Shown here: piece after piece, positions 54,478-64,000 of the stretch
How positions within the stretch are numbered: position 1 is the first letter of the stretch
Layout: every line of letters starts with the position of its first letter
NCBI GenBank assembly: GCA_934456365.1
Contig: CAKSHC010000005.1
Coordinates: 65,092-129,091 of the forward strand
Direction: 5' to 3'
DNA from: an uncultured Eubacteriales bacterium
Lineage (GTDB): Bacteria; Bacillota; Clostridia; Oscillospirales; UMGS1783
DNA length: 64,000 bases
Translations under genes and position numbers: made by a program
Notes under the pieces: model-generated
Database searches by the model: none
Seen by the model: the letters and a program-made list of their open reading frames with translations, nothing else
What the model was told of the DNA's origin: nothing

Positions 54478-54554
54478 GTTTTTTTACTTTCCTACTTGAA
54501 AAGCAGACGGAAAAATTATAAAATAGGATAAGAAATGCAAAAGGAGAATGAGAT

Positions 54555-55634
54555 ATGCCTTTTCAGATTGCGGCTGAGCAGAATCTGGTTGCGAATATAA
54601 AGGTCGTCGGCGTCGGCGGCGGCGGAAACAATGCGGTCAACAGAATGCGGGAGGCGAACATCCAGGGCGTGGAATTCGTGTCGATCAACACGGATCTGGC
54701 GGCTCTGCGCAAGTCTTCGGCTACCCAGAAAATTCAGATCGGCGAAAAGGCCTGCCGGGGGCAGGGCGCCGGGAGCGACCCGGATATGGGGCGCGCGGCG
54801 GCGGAAGAGAGCCGGGATCTGATCGAAGAGGCCCTGACCGGGACGGATATGGTGTTCGTCACGGCCGGTATGGGCGGCGGCACGGGAACCGGCGCGGCGC
54901 CGATCGTGGCTGAGATCGCCAAGAAAAAGGGAATTCTGACGGTTGGAATCGTGACCAAGCCGTTTGGCTTTGAGGGCCGCCACAAGATGCAGGTGGCCGA
55001 GGCGGGGATTGAGGCGCTCAAGCCCTGCGTGGATTCGCTGGTGATTGTGCCCAACGACCGGCTCAAGTATGTGGTGGATCAGAAGATCACCATGCTCAAC
55101 GCCTTTGAAATTGCAGACGATGTGCTGCGCCAGGGGGTGCAGGGTGTGTCGGATCTGATTCAGGTGCCGGGGCTTGTGAACGTGGACTTTGCGGATATCT
55201 GCAAGGTGATGCGCAATGCGGGCTATGCCCACATGGGACGAGGACAAGCCACGGGCAAAACCAAAGCGGAAGACGCGGCGCGCATGGCCATTCAGAGCCC
55301 GCTTCTGGAAACCTCGATCACCGGCGCCAAGGGCGTGATCTTCAACATCACCTCCTCGCTTGACATCACGCTGGAAGAGGTCGAGCTGGCGGCGGATATC
55401 ATCAATAAGGAAGTCAGCCCGGATGCGAACATCATTTGGGGTACTTCCTACGACGAGAACATGGAAGACGAGGTGCAGATCACGGTGATCGCCACCGGCT
55501 TCGACGGCGGCAATTCTCCGGAGCAGCAGGATGATCTGGGGCCCTTCGGCAATCTTCTTCCCAAGAAGAAGGTGGACGCCGATCTGGACACCCAAAGCCT
55601 TCTCGCGCTGATCAACGGCGCGGCCGGCCACTGA
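54555..55634 (+). CDS. ftsZ: Cell division GTPase FtsZ
   Basis: Contains '[10 protein letters not shown]' (the tubulin signature) and '[15 protein letters not shown]'. Confidence 0.95.
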   Translation: MPFQIAAEQNLVANIKVVGVGGGGNNAVNRMREANIQGVEFVSINTDLAALRKSSATQKIQIGEKACRGQGAGSDPDMGRAAAEESRDLIEEALTGTDMVFVTAGMGGGTGTGAAPIVAEIAKKKGILTVGIVTKPFGFEGRHKMQVAEAGIEALKPCVDSLVIVPNDRLKYVVDQKITMLNAFEIADDVLRQGVQGVSDLIQVPGLVNVDFADICKVMRNAGYAHMGRGQATGKTKAEDAARMAIQSPLLETSITGAKGVIFNITSSLDITLEEVELAADIINKEVSPDANIIWGTSYDENMEDEVQITVIATGFDGGNSPEQQDDLGPFGNLLPKKKVDADLDTQSLLALINGAAGH

Positions 55635-55646
55635 GATAGAATAAAA

Positions 55647-55680
55647 ACCTCCCGCAGAGCGGTCTGCGGGAGGTTTTTTG
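55647..55680. terminator. Bidirectional terminator between ftsZ and aspA
   Basis: 12-bp stem acctcccgcaga / tctgcgggaggt with loop gcgg, and A/T runs on both sides. Confidence 0.85.
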
Positions 55681-55685
55681 CGTTT

Positions 55686-57089
<1,404 letters not shown>

Positions 57090-57132
57090 TCTTTTTTCCT
57101 CCTTTGAAACAGGTTGTGTGCGCATACAGGAT

Positions 57133-57834
57133 TTATTCGCAGCAGGCCTTTTGAAAGGCCGCAAAAACTGCCTGACTCAGCGGGGCCTGCGGGGCAAGCT
57201 CGGGGTGCCACTGAACGCCCCACACAAAGCGGTGCTTCGGCAAAAAGGCCGCTTCGCAAAGCCCATCTTCCGAGCGCGCCATTTCGCAAAGGCCCGGCGC
57301 CAGCTCCCGCACGGCCTGGTGGTGGTAGCTGTTGACCCCGAGGGTTTGCTCCTTTGAGAGCGCGGCAAGCGGCGTTTGCGGGATAAGGGAAATCCGGTGG
57401 ACGGCGCGGTCGTAGGGCGGGGTCATGCGGTGGTTGACGGGCGAGGGGTGCTCGCCGGGAAGATCCTGCCAAAGCGAGCCGCCGAGGAAAACGTTGAGAA
57501 ACTGCAGCCCGCGGCAGACGCCGAGCAAAGGCCGATCCGCGCGCAGAGCGCGATCCAGCAGCCCGGCCTCCATCCGATCGCGCGCCGGGCAGGGCTGGCC
57601 GCAGGCGGGAGAGGGCTTTTGCCCATAGAGCGCGGGATCCACATCCTGCCCGCCGGTGAGCAGAAAGCCCGAGCAGAGGCCGAGGATCCGATCCAGCTCG
57701 TCCGGCCGGTCGGTCAGTGGCAGGATCAGGGGGAGCGCTCCGACCGAGCGGAGCCCTTCCAGATAGCCGGGAAGCATCCAGAGCGAATTTCGGTTTTCAT
57801 CCCATAGGGGAACCACGCCGATCACCGGCAGCAT
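57133..57834 (-). CDS. Class I glutamine amidotransferase / peptidase C26 (gamma-glutamyl-GABA hydrolase-like)
   Basis: 'LLTGGQDVDP', 'GVCRGLQFLNV' (nucleophile Cys) and 'SYHHQAV'. ATG 57834 follows a GGAGGTG RBS. Confidence 0.75.
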   Translation of the reverse strand: MLPVIGVVPLWDENRNSLWMLPGYLEGLRSVGALPLILPLTDRPDELDRILGLCSGFLLTGGQDVDPALYGQKPSPACGQPCPARDRMEAGLLDRALRADRPLLGVCRGLQFLNVFLGGSLWQDLPGEHPSPVNHRMTPPYDRAVHRISLIPQTPLAALSKEQTLGVNSYHHQAVRELAPGLCEMARSEDGLCEAAFLPKHRFVWGVQWHPELAPQAPLSQAVFAAFQKACCE

Positions 57835-57845
57835 CGAATCACCTC

Positions 57846-57880
57846 CAAAAAAAGAGGCGCCTCCCTTAAGGGAAGCGCCT
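57846..57880 (-). terminator. Terminator after GH94-like copy 2 (minus strand)
   Basis: The minus-strand RNA folds as aggcgcttccc / gggaggcgcct (one G-U pair) with loop ttaa, followed by cttttttt. Confidence 0.75.
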
Positions 57881-57928
57881 TTGCTTTTGCGATATTGTAG
57901 CACGCGAAGGGCGGGATGGCAAGAGGTT

Positions 57929-60202
57929 TTACGAATTTTTTTCCATCCGCACGGTGATTTGATAGGATTTTCCTGCCTCCAGGGGCAGAAGATCGCCCGG
58001 AAGGGGCTCGCCGTCGGCTTCGATCTGAGCGATCCGGCAGCCGCCGCCGAGATAGGTGATGTCGTAATGCGCGCCGCGGAAATCCTTCTGCACCGAGCAG
58101 CTCTCCCAATCGGGCGGCAGGCAGGGGCGCAGATGGAGCCCGTCGGCCTCGCCCTGAAGCCCGAAGACATACAGAAGCAGCGATTTCACAAGGCAAGGCC
58201 CGGTGGCCGAGCGCCAGCTCTGGCCGGGAGTGCCGTAGCGGTAGCCGCACTTCTCGGGGAAATAGGAATTGAAGAGCATATAGGGCTCGCACCGGTCAGC
58301 CACGACGGGATTGGTGAAGGGCAGGATGGAATAGAGCGTTTTCTGCACCGCCTCGGGGCGCTTTAAGAGCGCGTCGGTGATGATCTTCCAGGTGGAAACA
58401 TGCAGATAAACGCCGCCGTTTTCATGCACGCCGGGAGCCTTGCGGCTCATGCCGCCGATGTGCGGATCGGCCTTGGTGAAGGGCGGGGCCGACACCTTGA
58501 GCCCCAGCGGGGAATCGAGCGCCTTCTCCATGGCCTCATAGGCGCGCAGCCCCTTATCACCGATACCGACGCCGCTCCAAAGCGCCCAGAGATTGGGAAG
58601 GGCAAAAATTCTGGCCTCTTCATTCAGCCGGGAGCCGATGGGATGATTCCAGTCGTCGATGGCGGTGAGGTAGTATTCCCCGTCCCAGCCGAAGCGGTCG
58701 ATCTTTTCCCGCATATCCGCCATAAGAGGGCGGATCCAGTCGAGATCCTGCGGGCGATTTAGCGCGCGGGCCAGCTCCATAAATTCGCGGGCGGCCTTAT
58801 ACCAGGCAATGGAGAGCCACACGCTCTCGCCCCGGCCTTCGAGCCCGGCGTGGTCGAGTGTGTCGTTCCAATCGCCGCCCCAAAGCCGGATGAGCCCGTG
58901 GGCGCCCTGAAAATGATAGAGGAAGTCCAGCGCGCGGCGGCAATGCTCATAGAGTGAGGCGGAGGAGCCGTCGTTGAAGGGGATGGGCGTTTCAAGAAGA
59001 GAGGGATCGCCCGTTTCGCACAAAAGGGTGCGGGCGGCAAAGGTCATCCAGACGGCGTTGTCGGAAAAATGGTTGTCCTGAATCTGGCCGTTTAAGAAAC
59101 GGCGGGGGGCGTAGCCGTTGGAATACTGATAGGAAAGAACGTTTTTCAGACGCTCCAGCCCGAGGGCGGGATGGAAGGTGATGAGGCATTCGGAATCGCT
59201 GGTCAGGTCGCGGAAGCCGTTATGGCGCACCCGCGCCCAGCGGGAGCCCATATCGGTTTCGTATTTGAGCCACTCGAAGAGATGATCGAGCTCGGGGAGA
59301 GGGGTTTGGATGGAGGCGCCGCCGGTTTCCTCCCGCCGCTGTGCCACCACGGCCTCTCGCTCGGCCTCGATCTTTTCAAGAGAATCGAAACGGGCCTTTT
59401 GGGCGAGAATTTCCGCTTCGTCCAGCGCCACCCCTGCCTGAAACAGCACAAAGCTGCTCCCGCCCGGGGGCAGGATGAGATTTTTCTGAACGGCAAAGCA
59501 GGCCTTTTCGGCAACGCATTCGCCCCCGGTGCAGCCGCCCTTCAAAACGGCGCGGGGCAGGAGAATGGAGCCGTAGGTGCCGATAAAGGCGGTGTGGGCG
59601 CAATCGAAGGAATCGGCGCGGTCGGCGGCGAGGTAGCCGTAGATCCGCTCTTCCTTTCCCTTTTGGCGCAGCGCCTGATCGGCGCGCAGCAAAACGGCCT
59701 GCGCGGCCGGGGAGAAGCGGGCTTCGGAGGTGTTGTAGCCTTGGAAGGCGTAGCCGCCGTCCATTTCGGTGGAGGCATAGCCCACGGCTTTGATTTCGCG
59801 CTCCCGGTCGGTTTTGTTCTCCAGCTCCAGCGCCCAGAGCTCCAGCTGCCCCTCGCGAGGGACGAAAAAGGTGAGCCGGGAGCGGATGCCGGCGCGCTCG
59901 ACGGTGACGCGGGAATAGCCCAGCGCATGCTCGCATTCGTAGAAATCGTAGGTTTTCAGCCCGTCGGGCACCGCGGTGGCAAACCACCAGTCGTTTTCCG
60001 AAAGGAGATAAACGGCGCGGTTGGTCACCGGCTTGGCGCGCAGGCCGCATTCGCCCTGCGCAAGGCCTTCGCCGTAGCCGACCTGCGAGAAGAAGGCGTT
60101 GTAGCTTTCATTCCAGCAATAGTTGTACCAGTTGCGCGGGGTGTCAGGCGTGGTGACGAAAAACTGCCGCCCGTCTGCGGAGAAATGCCCGTATCGGTTC
60201 AT
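57929..60202 (-). CDS. GH94-like glycoside phosphorylase, copy 2
   Basis: 757 aa with 'TPDTPRNWYNYCWN', 'WGGDWNDTLDHAG' and 'HENGGVYLHVSTW'. ATG 60202 follows an AAGGAG RBS. Confidence 0.65.
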   Translation of the reverse strand: MNRYGHFSADGRQFFVTTPDTPRNWYNYCWNESYNAFFSQVGYGEGLAQGECGLRAKPVTNRAVYLLSENDWWFATAVPDGLKTYDFYECEHALGYSRVTVERAGIRSRLTFFVPREGQLELWALELENKTDREREIKAVGYASTEMDGGYAFQGYNTSEARFSPAAQAVLLRADQALRQKGKEERIYGYLAADRADSFDCAHTAFIGTYGSILLPRAVLKGGCTGGECVAEKACFAVQKNLILPPGGSSFVLFQAGVALDEAEILAQKARFDSLEKIEAEREAVVAQRREETGGASIQTPLPELDHLFEWLKYETDMGSRWARVRHNGFRDLTSDSECLITFHPALGLERLKNVLSYQYSNGYAPRRFLNGQIQDNHFSDNAVWMTFAARTLLCETGDPSLLETPIPFNDGSSASLYEHCRRALDFLYHFQGAHGLIRLWGGDWNDTLDHAGLEGRGESVWLSIAWYKAAREFMELARALNRPQDLDWIRPLMADMREKIDRFGWDGEYYLTAIDDWNHPIGSRLNEEARIFALPNLWALWSGVGIGDKGLRAYEAMEKALDSPLGLKVSAPPFTKADPHIGGMSRKAPGVHENGGVYLHVSTWKIITDALLKRPEAVQKTLYSILPFTNPVVADRCEPYMLFNSYFPEKCGYRYGTPGQSWRSATGPCLVKSLLLYVFGLQGEADGLHLRPCLPPDWESCSVQKDFRGAHYDITYLGGGCRIAQIEADGEPLPGDLLPLEAGKSYQITVRMEKNS

Positions 60203-60316
60203 GGGGAGGCTCCTTTGCAAATAATATAAGCAAAGTATATCATGCAGAAGCGGGAAAAACAAGGCGATTTGTAAAGATTCTTCGCGGCGGCGAAGCGCAT
60301 TTCTCTGCCGGAATTG

Positions 60317-60345
60317 TTGCTTTTTGGGAAAAACTATAGTATAAT
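60317..60345 (+). promoter_or_regulatory. Candidate promoter of the polysaccharide locus
   Basis: TTGCTT, 17-nt spacer, TATAAT. Confidence 0.45.
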
Positions 60346-60388
60346 TGCTTTGTATGTGCGCCCCCGGGGCGCCAGAAGGAGGAATACG

Positions 60389-61597
60389 ATGCGTTCAATT
60401 CCGTTTAGCCCGCCGGATATCAGCGAGCTGGAGATCAACGAGGTTTGCGAGGCGCTGCGCTCGGGGTGGATCACCACCGGCCCGCGCACCAAGCAGCTGG
60501 AAAGAGAACTGGCCGACTATTGCCAGGTTCCCCGGATGGTCTGCCTCAATTCCGCCACCGCCGCCGAGGAGATGAATCTTCGGATCCTGGGCGTGGGGGA
60601 GGGCGACGAGGTGATCGTGCCGGCCTATACCTACACGGCCACAGCCTCCGCCGCTCTGCATGTGGGCGCCACGGTGAAGATGATCGACTGCCGGGCGGAT
60701 TCCTACGAAATGGATTACGACCGCATGGCCGCCGCCATCACCGAGAAGACCAAGGCGGTCGTCCCGGTGGATCTGGGCGGCGTGCCCTGCGACTATAAAA
60801 AGATTTATGAAGCCGTGGAAAGCCGTCGCTCGGCGTTCCGGGCCGCTTCGCCCATTCAGGAGGCGCTCGGCCGGGTGGCCGTGGTGGCTGACTGCGCCCA
60901 TGGGCTGGGTGCAAAGCGCGATGGGGTGCCGACCGGGGCGCTGGCCGATTTCACCTCGTTTTCCTTCCATGCCGTGAAGAATTTCACCACGGCCGAAGGC
61001 GGCGCCTGCGCCTGGAAATCGATCCCCGGGGTAGACAACGAGGAGATCTATCACCAGCTTCAGCTTTTCAGCCTGCACGGCCAGTCGAAGGACGCGCTGG
61101 CCAAAACCAAGCTCGGCGCCTGGGAATACGATATTCTCGGCCCCTGGTATAAATGCAACATGACGGATATCATGGCGGCCATCGGCCTCAAGCAGCTGGA
61201 GCGCTATCCGGGGCTTCTGGCGCGGCGGCGCGCGATCATCGAGCGCTACGACGCGGCCTTCCGTCCGCTCGGGGTGGAAACGCTGGACCACTACACCGAA
61301 GAGGTTCAGAGCTCGGGCCACCTGTATCTGACCCGCACCCCCGGTATCAGCGAAAAGGAGCGGGGCGAGATGATCGTGAAGATGGCGGAAAAGGGAGTGG
61401 CCTGCAATGTCCACTACAAGCCGCTGGCCATGATGACGGCCTATAAGAACCTGGGCTTCTTGATCGCCGATTATCCCAACACCTTCGCCCACTATGAAAA
61501 TGAGATCACGCTGCCTCTGCACACCCGCCTGAGCGACGAGGATGTGGAGTATGTGGTCGAGTGCTTTACGGGGCTTTTGCGGGAGATGGGCCGATGA
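60389..61597 (+). CDS. DegT/DnrJ/EryC1/StrS family sugar aminotransferase
   Basis: 'FSPPDISELEINEVCEALRSGWITTGP' and the PLP-lysine region 'SFHAVKNFTTAEGG'. Confidence 0.85.
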   Translation: MRSIPFSPPDISELEINEVCEALRSGWITTGPRTKQLERELADYCQVPRMVCLNSATAAEEMNLRILGVGEGDEVIVPAYTYTATASAALHVGATVKMIDCRADSYEMDYDRMAAAITEKTKAVVPVDLGGVPCDYKKIYEAVESRRSAFRAASPIQEALGRVAVVADCAHGLGAKRDGVPTGALADFTSFSFHAVKNFTTAEGGACAWKSIPGVDNEEIYHQLQLFSLHGQSKDALAKTKLGAWEYDILGPWYKCNMTDIMAAIGLKQLERYPGLLARRRAIIERYDAAFRPLGVETLDHYTEEVQSSGHLYLTRTPGISEKERGEMIVKMAEKGVACNVHYKPLAMMTAYKNLGFLIADYPNTFAHYENEITLPLHTRLSDEDVEYVVECFTGLLREMGR

Positions 61598-62280
61598 GCC
61601 TTCTGCGCTGGGACGAGCTCCCAGAAAGCCTTCGTGTGCCGCAGGTGCGCCCTTACTACGAAAGCCTGAGCCGCAAGCGGGCTGCGCTGGTCTGCAAGCG
61701 GGTGTTTGATGTGGCGGCGGCTGTGATCCTGCTGAGCCTTTTATGGCCCTTGTATCTGATTCTGGCGCTTGCCATCAAGCTGGATTCGCCGGGGCCCGTT
61801 TTTTACCGGCAGGAGCGGATCACCCGCTACGGCCGCCCCTTCCGCATTTATAAATTCCGCACCATGGTCGACCGGGCGGACACCCTCGGCGCGCAGGTCA
61901 CCGTCAGCGGCGACGCGCGCATCACGCGGGTCGGCCGTCTGATCCGGCGCTGCCGCCTGGACGAGATCGGGCAGCTTCTGAATGTGCTGGGAGGGTCGAT
62001 GTCTTTTGTGGGCACCCGCCCGGAGGTGCCGAAATATGTGGCGGCCTATTCGCCCGAAATGCTGGCGACGCTGCTTCTGCCCGCGGGGGTGACCAGCGAG
62101 GCGAGCATTCGCTATAAGGACGAGGCCGAGCTTCTGGACCGCGCGCAGGACCCGGATCGGGTTTATATCGAGCAGGTTTTGCCCGAGAAGATGAAGATCA
62201 ACCTGGAAAGCGTGCTTTCCTTTTCTCTGCTCGGTGATTTTCGGACGATGCTGCGCACGATCGGCGCGGTTTTGAAATAA
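61594..62280 (+). CDS. Small (PglC/WecA-independent type) undecaprenyl-phosphate sugar-phosphate transferase
   Basis: 'KRVFDVAAAVILL', 'SPGPVFYRQERITRYGRPFRIYKFRTM' and 'RLDEIGQLLNVLGGSMSFVGTRPE'. ATGA overlap with the upstream gene. Confidence 0.85.
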   Translation: MSLLRWDELPESLRVPQVRPYYESLSRKRAALVCKRVFDVAAAVILLSLLWPLYLILALAIKLDSPGPVFYRQERITRYGRPFRIYKFRTMVDRADTLGAQVTVSGDARITRVGRLIRRCRLDEIGQLLNVLGGSMSFVGTRPEVPKYVAAYSPEMLATLLLPAGVTSEASIRYKDEAELLDRAQDPDRVYIEQVLPEKMKINLESVLSFSLLGDFRTMLRTIGAVLK

Positions 62281-62290
62281 GGAGGAGCGT

Positions 62291-63112
62291 ATGCGCGAAA
62301 AATTCAGCGTGCTCTTATCGCTGTATGCCAAGGAGCGGCCCGCCTATCTGCGCGCGGCGCTCGACAGCCTGCTTGCCCAAACGCTTTTGGCCGATGAATG
62401 GGTGATCGTGGAAGACGGGCCGTTAACGCCCGAGCTGTATGCGGTTCTGGAAGAATATGAAACGGCCCGCCCGGGGCTGATCCGGCGAGTGCCGTTGGCG
62501 GAAAATCAAGGTCTGGGACTGGCGCTGCGCGCGGGGGTGCCGGAATGCTCCTACGAGCGCATCGCCCGGATGGATACCGACGATATCTGCCTGCCCGACC
62601 GGTTTGAAAAGCAGATGGCTCAGATGGACGCCGATCCCGGGCTGGATGTGTGCGGCGGGCAGATCGACGAGTTTGAAGACACGCCAGACAAGATCGTGGC
62701 TTCGCGCCGGGTGCCGCTGACCGACGCCGAGATCAAGGCCTATCAGAAAAAACGCGACGGATTTAACCATGTCAGCGTGATGTTCAAAAAATCGGCCGTT
62801 CTGCGCGCGGGCAACTATCAGTCCGCCCCCTTGATGGAGGACACGCTCCTCTGGTGCCACATGATCCTGGCGGGGGCGAAGTGCGCGAATCTGCCGGATG
62901 TTCTGGTGTGGGTGCGCATCGGGAAGGATATGTACGAACGCCGGGGCGGCTGGGCGTATTTCAAAAAATACCGCGAAGGGCGCCGGGCTGTGCGCAAAAC
63001 CGGCTACATCAGCGCATGGGACTACGGCGTTTCGATCGCCGCGCAGTTTGTGGTGGCGCTGATCCCGGGCGGGCTGCGCGCCTTTGTGTTCAAAAAGATT
63101 CTGCATCGATAA
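62291..63112 (+). CDS. Glycosyltransferase family 2
   Basis: 'FSVLLSLYAKERPAYLRAALDSL' and DxD 'RMDTDDI'. Confidence 0.8.
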   Translation: MREKFSVLLSLYAKERPAYLRAALDSLLAQTLLADEWVIVEDGPLTPELYAVLEEYETARPGLIRRVPLAENQGLGLALRAGVPECSYERIARMDTDDICLPDRFEKQMAQMDADPGLDVCGGQIDEFEDTPDKIVASRRVPLTDAEIKAYQKKRDGFNHVSVMFKKSAVLRAGNYQSAPLMEDTLLWCHMILAGAKCANLPDVLVWVRIGKDMYERRGGWAYFKKYREGRRAVRKTGYISAWDYGVSIAAQFVVALIPGGLRAFVFKKILHR

Positions 63113-63124
63113 GAAAGGAAGCTT

Positions 63125-63844
63125 ATGATACCGAAGATCATTCACTATTGCTGGTTCGGCGGCAATCCGCTGCCGGAGGAGGCAAAGCGCTACATCGAGG
63201 GCTGGAAGAAATTCTGCCCGGATTATGAGATCCGCGAATGGAACGAGCAGACCTTCGACGTGACGAGCGTGCCGTATGTGAAGGAAGCGTATGAAAGCCG
63301 AAAATGGGCTTTTGTGACCGACTATGTGCGCCTCTATGCGCTGTATCACCAGGGCGGCGTTTACATGGACACCGATGTGGAGGTCGTGCGCCCGATCGAT
63401 CGCTTTCTGGAAAACGAGGCCTTTTCGGGCTTTGAGAGCGAAACGGCGGTGCCGACCGGGATCATGGCGGCCGAGGCTGGACAGCGGGCGATCAAGGATC
63501 TGCTCGACGCTTACGACGGGCGGCATTTCCTCAACGAAAAGGGCGAGATGGATCTGAGCACCAACGTGGAGGCGATCACGGATTATTTCGTTTCCCGGGG
63601 CATGCGCATGGACAACACCGAGCAGACGGTCAACGGCTTCACGATGTATCCCTGCGACTATTTCTGCCCGAAGGACAGCCGCACCCTCGAGATCAAAACA
63701 ACGGAAAACACCTATACCATCCACCATTTTTCCGGCACCTGGCTGGGAGAAAAGCAAAACTTCCGCAAGCGCGTCAAGAAGCTTCTGGGGCCGAAGGTGT
63801 GCGGATTTGTGGTGCGGGTGATGGATCGGCTGCACATCAAGTAA
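63125..63844 (+). CDS. Glycosyltransferase (GT32-like, DXD)
   Basis: 'IPKIIHYCWFGGNPLPE' and 'GGVYMDTDVEV'. Confidence 0.75.
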   Translation: MIPKIIHYCWFGGNPLPEEAKRYIEGWKKFCPDYEIREWNEQTFDVTSVPYVKEAYESRKWAFVTDYVRLYALYHQGGVYMDTDVEVVRPIDRFLENEAFSGFESETAVPTGIMAAEAGQRAIKDLLDAYDGRHFLNEKGEMDLSTNVEAITDYFVSRGMRMDNTEQTVNGFTMYPCDYFCPKDSRTLEIKTTENTYTIHHFSGTWLGEKQNFRKRVKKLLGPKVCGFVVRVMDRLHIK

Positions 63845-63854
63845 GGAGCGAATC

Positions 63855-64000
63855 ATGGAAAAGAAAAATTGGCTAACCCGTCTCAATCCCTGCGGGATCA
63901 GCGTGTGCGTGTTGGCGGCGTATTTTGCCGGCAGCTTCATTTTCTCGGATTTCTCGGTGTCGGCCGTTTGGGGCGGCGCGCTTTTGTGCCTCTGGACGGG
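63855..64000 (+). CDS. Partial (5' end only) membrane protein, possibly a polysaccharide polymerase/ligase
   Basis: ATG 63855 follows a TAAGGAG RBS. 'MEKKNWLTRLNPCGISVCVLAAYFAGSFIF...' is hydrophobic. The ORF runs off the window, so function is guessed from context only. Confidence 0.4.
   Translation, partial: MEKKNWLTRLNPCGISVCVLAAYFAGSFIFSDFSVSAVWGGALLCLWT

Overview
A high-GC (about 60%) Firmicutes/Clostridia-type chromosomal segment; the taxon is inferred from gene content only, not searched. Coding is dense, mostly on the + strand, and nearly all long minus-strand ORFs are GC3 shadow frames. In order: a GNAT gene, two MATE exporters flanking a PAP2 phosphatase, and a complete glycogen block (malQ divergent from glgB-glgC-glgD-glgA-glgP-GH13 plus a translationally coupled unknown membrane protein). 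Then TraX, a LysR regulator with a YfcE phosphodiesterase, and a redox block (Fe-ADH, NUDIX, NfnA/NfnB-like, 3-hydroxyacyl-CoA dehydrogenase, Rex). Then an orphan GH94-like phosphorylase and tRNA-Gln(UUG). Then a P-type Ca-ATPase, TrmO, envelope genes (NodB deacetylase, SGNH hydrolase, GalE), and a dcw cluster (mraZ-rsmH-ftsL-PBP-murE-murF-mraY-ftsW-murG-murA-ftsQ-ftsZ, with no murD, murC or ftsA). Finally aspA, a C26 amidotransferase, a second GH94-like phosphorylase, and the start of a surface-polysaccharide locus. The most unusual region is 27.98-35.41 kb, just downstream of the tRNA. It holds four tandem paralogs, each starting with a SipW-type signal peptide ('GSTFAWFTDSAST') and a TasA/camelysin-like domain. 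Unlike known single-domain TasA/CalY/BsaA subunits, each continues into 220-460 further residues of different beta-solenoid or Ig-like modules. The paralogs are mosaic, share near-identical nucleotide boxes at the domain junctions, and have no SipW, TapA-like, sortase or regulator gene in the window. One of them has a T16 homopolymer next to its promoter -35. All family calls rest on motifs read by eye and on recalled family knowledge; no searches were run.
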